Assembly: GCA_029782295.1 (NCBI GenBank)
Contig: JAKOVB010000168.1
Span: 169,250-233,249 of the forward strand
Reading direction: 5' to 3'
DNA from: Pseudomonadota bacterium
GTDB lineage: Bacteria; Pseudomonadota; Gammaproteobacteria; Burkholderiales; Methylophilaceae
Length of the DNA stretch: 64,000 nt
Below the pieces are notes generated by a model. It had not been told where the DNA came from. It searched no databases and was given only the letters and a program-made list of their open reading frames with translations. Within the stretch, counting starts at the first letter, position 1; each line of letters begins with the position of its first letter. Positions 59,053-64,000 of this stretch are shown here, piece by piece. A program made the position numbers and the translations under genes.

Positions 59053-60750
59053 ATGGTCGATTATTTACGAGCCCTGAAGACGATGGTGCAGTCGCCCAAG
59101 GCCAAAGCCAGTGACCTTCGCTGGCTGGAAACCTTGCCTGCGGGTGACTATCTGGCAGCCCAGGATATAGTTCTGGAGCGGCTGGGCGACTTTTTGGCCG
59201 AAGACCTGATTCCCAGCCAGTCCGCGCTGGACGCGCTGCTGACCATTGACGAGCACAGGCAGCCCACGCTGGCGGCGCTTACCCACCAGTACGTGCACGC
59301 CACTTCGCTGGCCTTCGAGATCGACGAGCGCCTCTGGCAGTCAGTCGTGAACTATTACGATGCGCTGAAAAAAATCTACCAGCGTTTTCTGGACCATTAC
59401 AAGCAGGACCCCTCCAGTCTTCCGCACGACCTGCCGCAGATTATCCTCAATATTCTGGACAGCGAGCGTTGCCTGTTGAAGTGGCATTATTTTCGTCACC
59501 AGGGGGTCGGGATCGGCGCATGGTTGCAATTACACGAACTCTATCGCCTGGCCGAAAAAGAGGGATGTGATGCGGCTCCATTGTGGCGCTATCGTAACCA
59601 GGGAGAAACCTCGGTTACCTCGGTTTACCTGCAGATTCTGATGCTGGGGACGCTTTCTCCGTCCGACATGCTGAAGCATGAAATCGAAATGGTCTGTGCC
59701 TGGTTGTCAGAGTGGTGTCTGGGTCTGTCGCTCAGCCAGGATCTGGATCCTGCCCGACATCTGTTCTATGTGGACTTGAACGAGGACAAAGGCGGTCGCC
59801 GCACGCGCAGGATACATCCGGCAAGCTCCTATCGTTACTGGGATACCGATCCGATCGAATCCAGGATCGCCAAGGCCCATGTGGAAATGCAGCACGGCAA
59901 GGTTCCGGCAGACCTCAAGTTGACGAGCGGTTTCCGGCTGACGGATTGCCAGCCGTTACTGGAATACCTGCTGACGGAATGGTCGAGGACCGGTTACCAG
60001 CGGCAGCGCCGTGCGAACGCCCGCAACCAGACCAACCGGGTCGCGCACATCGTCGATGGACTAGACAACGTCTGTCAGCATATCAAGAGCGTGGCGAATG
60101 CCCGCCGCAAGGGAAAACTGCCTTCCGATGCAAGCGCGGACCCCGGGAAATCCTTTTCCAACTCCTCTTTGTTGCAACTAGATGGAGGGGGGGGCGTCAC
60201 CATGATGACGGGGGAAAAGTGGACGTTTACCAACGAAAGCAAGTACGGCTACGGTGCCGTCGTGCCCACGGCGCACAATCCCTGGTTACGGCTTGGTCGC
60301 CTGCTGGCATTCCATGGGGATCAGGATCAGCGTTTTGCCGTGGTGGGAGTGATCCGCAATATCAAGCATCTGCCGGATGACAAGTGCTATGTCGGCATCG
60401 AAGTGCTGTCCCGCAGGCCGGTACATGTGACATTGCGCAACCTTGACCAGAAGGTGCATGCCTACAGTCCGGCGGATACCGATATTTTTCTGGCGGCCAC
60501 CCTGACGCACGAAGGTGGATTTCCGTTTGCCTCGCTCTACCTGCCCCGGGATGAAGAGCGCAACATGCCGCCAGTGCTATTGGTGCCGACCATGGAGTAC
60601 ATTGCCAAGGGCAATTTCGAGTTGCGCTCCGACACATACGTCTACAAGATCCGCCTTGGGCGCATCATCGAGCAGAAGGACGACTGGGTCTGCGTCGAAG
60701 CCTGCGTGGTCGAGAATCCCGCTACCCCGCCTGCAGGCAACGCAGCATAA
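59053..60750 (+). CDS. Large conserved-looking hypothetical protein (565 aa), function unknown
   Basis: Long ORF with normal composition for this window and no antisense competitor of known function. Helical N-terminal two-thirds and a beta-rich C-terminal third containing N-E-S-K-Y-G. I could not identify any catalytic motif. Confidence 0.6.
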   Translation: MVDYLRALKTMVQSPKAKASDLRWLETLPAGDYLAAQDIVLERLGDFLAEDLIPSQSALDALLTIDEHRQPTLAALTHQYVHATSLAFEIDERLWQSVVNYYDALKKIYQRFLDHYKQDPSSLPHDLPQIILNILDSERCLLKWHYFRHQGVGIGAWLQLHELYRLAEKEGCDAAPLWRYRNQGETSVTSVYLQILMLGTLSPSDMLKHEIEMVCAWLSEWCLGLSLSQDLDPARHLFYVDLNEDKGGRRTRRIHPASSYRYWDTDPIESRIAKAHVEMQHGKVPADLKLTSGFRLTDCQPLLEYLLTEWSRTGYQRQRRANARNQTNRVAHIVDGLDNVCQHIKSVANARRKGKLPSDASADPGKSFSNSSLLQLDGGGGVTMMTGEKWTFTNESKYGYGAVVPTAHNPWLRLGRLLAFHGDQDQRFAVVGVIRNIKHLPDDKCYVGIEVLSRRPVHVTLRNLDQKVHAYSPADTDIFLAATLTHEGGFPFASLYLPRDEERNMPPVLLVPTMEYIAKGNFELRSDTYVYKIRLGRIIEQKDDWVCVEACVVENPATPPAGNAA

Positions 60751-61390
60751 AGCCCCGGATATCCCCGATCTCCGGGTTGCATACCGTATGTGGCATGACG
60801 TATTCATGCCACTCAACCTGATATCCCAACCCTTCCAGTAGCACCTTCGAGTCGATGGCGCGCTGCGGCAGCACGACCGTGTCCTGCGTACCGTGCGCCA
60901 TGAAAATCGGCGTCTTCTGATTGGCCGGGCTGCGTTCCGCGGCCACGGTCTGGTGCAACGGCAGGTAGGTGGACAGGGCCAGAATCCCGCCCAGTTTCTC
61001 AGGATGGCGCAAGCCAGCCTGAAGCGCGATGGCGCCGCCCTGGGAGAAACCCGCCAGCAGGATCCTTGCAGACGGGATGCCTCGCGTGGCTTCCTGTGCG
61101 ATTAATCCATCCAGCATGGCCTGGGCGTTGCGGATGCCTGCCTCGTCCTGTGCATGGGTGATTTCCGGGGAAACGATGTCATACCATGCCGGCATCTGGT
61201 ACCCGCCGTTGATGGTGACGGGCATGACCGGGGCATGTGGGAAGACAAATCGCACGGGAACCGGCAGTTCAAGCGCCTCGGCGATGGGGGCAAAGTCATA
61301 CCCGTCGGCGCCCAACCCGTGGAGCCAGATAATGCTGGTATCCGGCTTGGCACCGGTTTCAATTTCAAGAGGTTTTTTCATGGGTTGCAT
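60722..61390 (-). CDS. Phospholipase/carboxylesterase family alpha/beta hydrolase
   Basis: 222 aa. WLHGLGADG, nucleophile elbow GFSQGG, C-terminal H in MPHTVC. Confidence 0.85.
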   Translation of the reverse strand: MQPMKKPLEIETGAKPDTSIIWLHGLGADGYDFAPIAEALELPVPVRFVFPHAPVMPVTINGGYQMPAWYDIVSPEITHAQDEAGIRNAQAMLDGLIAQEATRGIPSARILLAGFSQGGAIALQAGLRHPEKLGGILALSTYLPLHQTVAAERSPANQKTPIFMAHGTQDTVVLPQRAIDSKVLLEGLGYQVEWHEYVMPHTVCNPEIGDIRGFMLRCLQAG

Positions 61391-61489
61391 CGTTGCCGTG
61401 CCTTATTCTCGAGGTGGGTTTTCATGCTATTAAGGTAATGCCTTTTCGGATATGCTTCAATTCAATAGCGTTCTCCATGATCGAATGCC

Positions 61490-63724
61490 ATGCTGAAGAA
61501 ATTCATTGAACTCCTGCGACGCCACTATATTCGAATCGGCCTCAGTTTGCTGGTGACGCTGGTGTTCGTGTTGCACGCGACGGGTCATGTGCCGTTGGGC
61601 TTCGTTGAACGCATGGAAAATATTGCCTATGACCTGCGTCTCACGTTAATGATGCCAGAGGGGGTGGATAAGCGAATCGTAATTGTCGATATCGATGAGC
61701 GGAGCTTGCTGGAGGAGGGGCGCTGGCCTTGGCCGCGTCACCGTTTGGCCACGTTGGTCGACAAGCTCTTCGACGAATACAAGATCAAAGTGCTTGGTTT
61801 TGACGTTGTTTTCGCGGAGCCAGATGTGAGTTCAGGTCTTCTTACTTTGGAAGAGATGGGCCGTACTCAGATGAAGTCCGATGCTCGTTTTCTTGAAGCG
61901 ATCGAAGAAATGCGCCCCTCTCTTGATTATGACCGCATTTTTGCCGAACACCTGAAGGGTCGAAAAGTTGTGCTTGGCTATTATTTCAGGGAAGCGCAGG
62001 AGGCGGGAGTTGGACTGCTTCCGCCCCCTTCATTTGTCGCCGGAAGTTTCAAAGGCAAGAGCATTAACTTCGAGCGAGCCGGCTCTTATGGTGCAAATCT
62101 TCCATTGCTGCAGCAAAATGCAATGTCAGGCGGCCACTTCAATCCTCTCCCTGACGCTGACGGAATCACTCGCCGTGTAGCCATGCTCGAAGACTATCAA
62201 GGTGCTCAATATGAATCTTTATCTCTGGCTGTCGCCAGGCTTGCACTTGGATTTCCAAGACTGACGCCAGGCTTTGCAACTGTCGGCGTAGGTAAGAAGT
62301 ACGCTGGCCTTGAATGGCTGGCTCTTGGAAAACATAAAATTCCAGTTGATGAGAGAGTTGCTGCGCTTATCCCCTATAGAGGCCCTATGCGCAGTTTTTC
62401 CTATGTTTCTATTACGGATGTATTGAAAGGCCGAGTGGAGAAGGGATTGTTGCAGGATGCGATCGTGTTGGTTGGCACGACTGCTCCAGGTTTGATGGAT
62501 CTCCGGGCAACCCCTGTGGGTAATGTTTATCCAGGGGTGGAGGTGCATGCCAATATGATTGCAGGCATTCTGGACCAGAATATCAAAGAGAGCCCCGGAT
62601 ATAGATTGGGCGCAGAAGTGGTAATGGTGATTTTGATTGGATTGTTACTGTCACTCATTCTGCCCGCATTGTCTCCACTTTGGGCAACTGGTTTTACTAT
62701 GCTAATCCTCTGGGGCGCCGTCGGTCTGAATCTGGCGCAGTGGTATTTCTACGATCTGGTGATGCCTGTAGCCTCGCTGATGTTACTGACGCTCATTATC
62801 TTCACCCTGAACATGTCTTATGGCTTCTTTGTCGAGTCCCGCGGTAAGCGACAACTGGCCGGATTGTTCGGGCAGTATGTGCCGCCGGAACTGGTCGATG
62901 AAATGGCCAAGGATCCGGAAGCCTTCACGCTGGAAGGCGAGAGCCGCGAACTGACGGTTTTGTTTTCCGACGTGCGGGGATTTACCACCATTTCGGAAGG
63001 GCTGGAGCCCAACCAACTGAAGCAGTTGATGAATGCATTCCTGACGCCGATGACCCGCATCATCCACGGGCATCGCGGTACCATCGACAAGTACATGGGC
63101 GACTGCATCATGGCCTTCTGGGGGGCGCCGCTATCTGATCCAGATCATGCGCGGCACGGGCTGGAGGCGGCCATCGCCATGATCGAGCAATTGAAAGTGT
63201 TGCAAGGCGAGTTCAAGGCCCGGGGTTGGCCGCCGATCAATATCGGGGTCGGCCTGAATACGGGGGACATGGTGGTCGGCAACATGGGTTCGGAGTTCCG
63301 GCAGGCTTATACGGTGATGGGGGATGCGGTCAATCTGGGGTCACGTCTTGAAGGCCTGACGAAAGAATATGGCGTTCATATCATCGTCAGCGAATTCACT
63401 CGTGCCAAGGTGCCGGATTATGTGTACCGTGAACTCGATCGCGTGCGGGTGAAGGGAAAGGACAAGCCCGTGGCGATTTATGAACCCATCTGTCCGGCAG
63501 GCCAGGAAGACCAGGCGACTCGGGATGAGCTCAAGCTTTATCGTGATGCCTTTAGGCTTTACCATGCTCAGAACTGGGATCTTGCGGAATTGCAGTTTAT
63601 TAACTTGCAAAAACTCTATCCAGAACGCAAACTTTATACTCTTTATGAAGAGCGAGTGCGTTACTATCGCCTGAACCCGCCTGACGAAGGTTGGGATGGC
63701 GCATTTACCTTCAAGACCAAATAA
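61490..63724 (+). CDS. CHASE2 sensor-domain class III adenylate/guanylate cyclase (probably adenylate cyclase)
   Basis: 744 aa. N-terminal TM, a roughly 330-aa extracytoplasmic CHASE2-like region (IVIVDIDERSL, RWPWPR), three TM helices, and a cyclase domain with VLFSDVRGFT, IDKYMGDCIMAFWGAP and MGDAVNLGSRLE. The Lys in DKYMGD suggests ATP specificity. Confidence 0.88.
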   Translation: MLKKFIELLRRHYIRIGLSLLVTLVFVLHATGHVPLGFVERMENIAYDLRLTLMMPEGVDKRIVIVDIDERSLLEEGRWPWPRHRLATLVDKLFDEYKIKVLGFDVVFAEPDVSSGLLTLEEMGRTQMKSDARFLEAIEEMRPSLDYDRIFAEHLKGRKVVLGYYFREAQEAGVGLLPPPSFVAGSFKGKSINFERAGSYGANLPLLQQNAMSGGHFNPLPDADGITRRVAMLEDYQGAQYESLSLAVARLALGFPRLTPGFATVGVGKKYAGLEWLALGKHKIPVDERVAALIPYRGPMRSFSYVSITDVLKGRVEKGLLQDAIVLVGTTAPGLMDLRATPVGNVYPGVEVHANMIAGILDQNIKESPGYRLGAEVVMVILIGLLLSLILPALSPLWATGFTMLILWGAVGLNLAQWYFYDLVMPVASLMLLTLIIFTLNMSYGFFVESRGKRQLAGLFGQYVPPELVDEMAKDPEAFTLEGESRELTVLFSDVRGFTTISEGLEPNQLKQLMNAFLTPMTRIIHGHRGTIDKYMGDCIMAFWGAPLSDPDHARHGLEAAIAMIEQLKVLQGEFKARGWPPINIGVGLNTGDMVVGNMGSEFRQAYTVMGDAVNLGSRLEGLTKEYGVHIIVSEFTRAKVPDYVYRELDRVRVKGKDKPVAIYEPICPAGQEDQATRDELKLYRDAFRLYHAQNWDLAELQFINLQKLYPERKLYTLYEERVRYYRLNPPDEGWDGAFTFKTK

Positions 63725-63738
63725 GCGAGAGCGTATCG

Positions 63739-64000
63739 ATGCAGGTCAGGATACTGGGATGTAGCGGCGGAATCGGTGGTGACCTGCGCACCACCAGCAT
63801 GCTGCTGGACAACGATATCCTGATCGATGCCGGGACCGGGGTGTCCGACCTCAGCATCGACCAGATGATCGCCATCGATCATATTTTCCTGACCCACTCC
63901 CACCTCGATCACATCGCCTGTATCCCGCTCATGGTCGATACCGTGATCGGCCTGCGGGAGAAGCATGTCACCCTCCACGCGACGCGCGAAACCTGGGAGA
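63739..64000 (+). CDS. Class II 3',5'-cyclic-nucleotide phosphodiesterase (MBL fold), N-terminal part only
   Basis: MQVRILGCSGGIGGDLRTTSMLLDNDILIDAGTG...IFLTHSHLDHIACIPLM, with HxHxDH in the context I associate with the class II cAMP phosphodiesterase family. Starts 15 nt after the cyclase stop and is truncated by the window end. Confidence 0.78.
   Translation, partial: MQVRILGCSGGIGGDLRTTSMLLDNDILIDAGTGVSDLSIDQMIAIDHIFLTHSHLDHIACIPLMVDTVIGLREKHVTLHATRETWE

Noticed and set aside
1-64000. CRISPR arrays, IS elements or transposases, integrases, prophage genes, toxin-antitoxin pairs, restriction-modification or other known defence systems, rRNA genes.
   Set aside because: I scanned the ORF translations and the intergenic DNA. 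I found no spaced direct repeats, no DDE, tyrosine- or serine-recombinase motifs, no nuclease/ATPase/methylase signatures, and no rRNA-like sequence.

Overview
This 64-kb window looks like chromosomal DNA from a high-GC betaproteobacterium. RecA, AlaS, the Fds and Fdn proteins and an MxaD-like remnant give it a methylotroph or Nitrosomonadales flavour, but that taxonomy is only a guess from protein sequence. Most genes are on the minus strand and most are housekeeping.

Main blocks, left to right:
- A response regulator and a PAS histidine kinase.
- A translationally coupled ABM / Fe-alcohol dehydrogenase / YjdF operon.
- A periplasmic, selenocysteine-containing formate dehydrogenase-N operon (fdnG[UGA-Sec]HI-fdhE) followed by a cytochrome b.
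- A plus-strand orphan trio, divergent from fdnG: an acyl-CoA-dehydrogenase-fold protein, a cytosolic PhnD-like binding protein, and a TusA-like/diiron fusion.
- A Tat-exported transglutaminase-like protein and a PEP-CTERM lectin-like protein.
- selC (tRNA-Sec), selB and selA lying directly downstream of a Cys-type NAD-dependent formate dehydrogenase operon (fdsGBA-fdhD-fdsD).
- A visibly AT-richer islet next to tRNA-Arg(CCG), holding an MxaD-like gene remnant and a standalone EAL phosphodiesterase.
- Cytochrome c5 preceded by a mini-paralog of its own membrane anchor, then apaH, plsC-like, slyB-like, a PfkB kinase, hemJ, a DinB-family gene and a tlpA-like gene.
- A second AT-richer islet next to tRNA-Ser(GCU): a secreted hypothetical, an OmpA-like lipoprotein gene broken by an in-frame TAG, and a tandem ribbon-helix-helix protein.
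- lysC-alaS-recX-recA, with a J-domain gene and a Sel1-repeat gene wedged between pncC(cinA) and recA.
- pgpA-thiL-mogA, a DUF455 gene, a PDZ protein, yjgA/pmbA, mlaA, fbp, phrB, an MFS transporter, a retropepsin-like protease, folE2, dxs-ispA-xseB, a large orphan protein and an esterase.
- A CHASE2 class III cyclase followed by a class II cyclic-nucleotide phosphodiesterase that is cut by the window edge.

I found no CRISPR array, IS element, transposase, integrase, rRNA or recognisable defence-system enzyme. ATGA-type stop/start overlaps are frequent (330-333, 2983-2986, 4170-4173, 6506-6508, 45578-45580, 57810-57812).

The best candidates for undescribed biology are the ACAD/PhnD-like/TusA-diiron trio, which sits between the Sec-dependent FDH and the Sec machinery, and the J-domain/Sel1 pair upstream of recA. 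Both rest on inference from motifs.

Limits: all calls come from reading the ORF translations and the DNA by eye. No database search, GC calculation or RNA folding was run. Several start codons are uncertain by a few codons.
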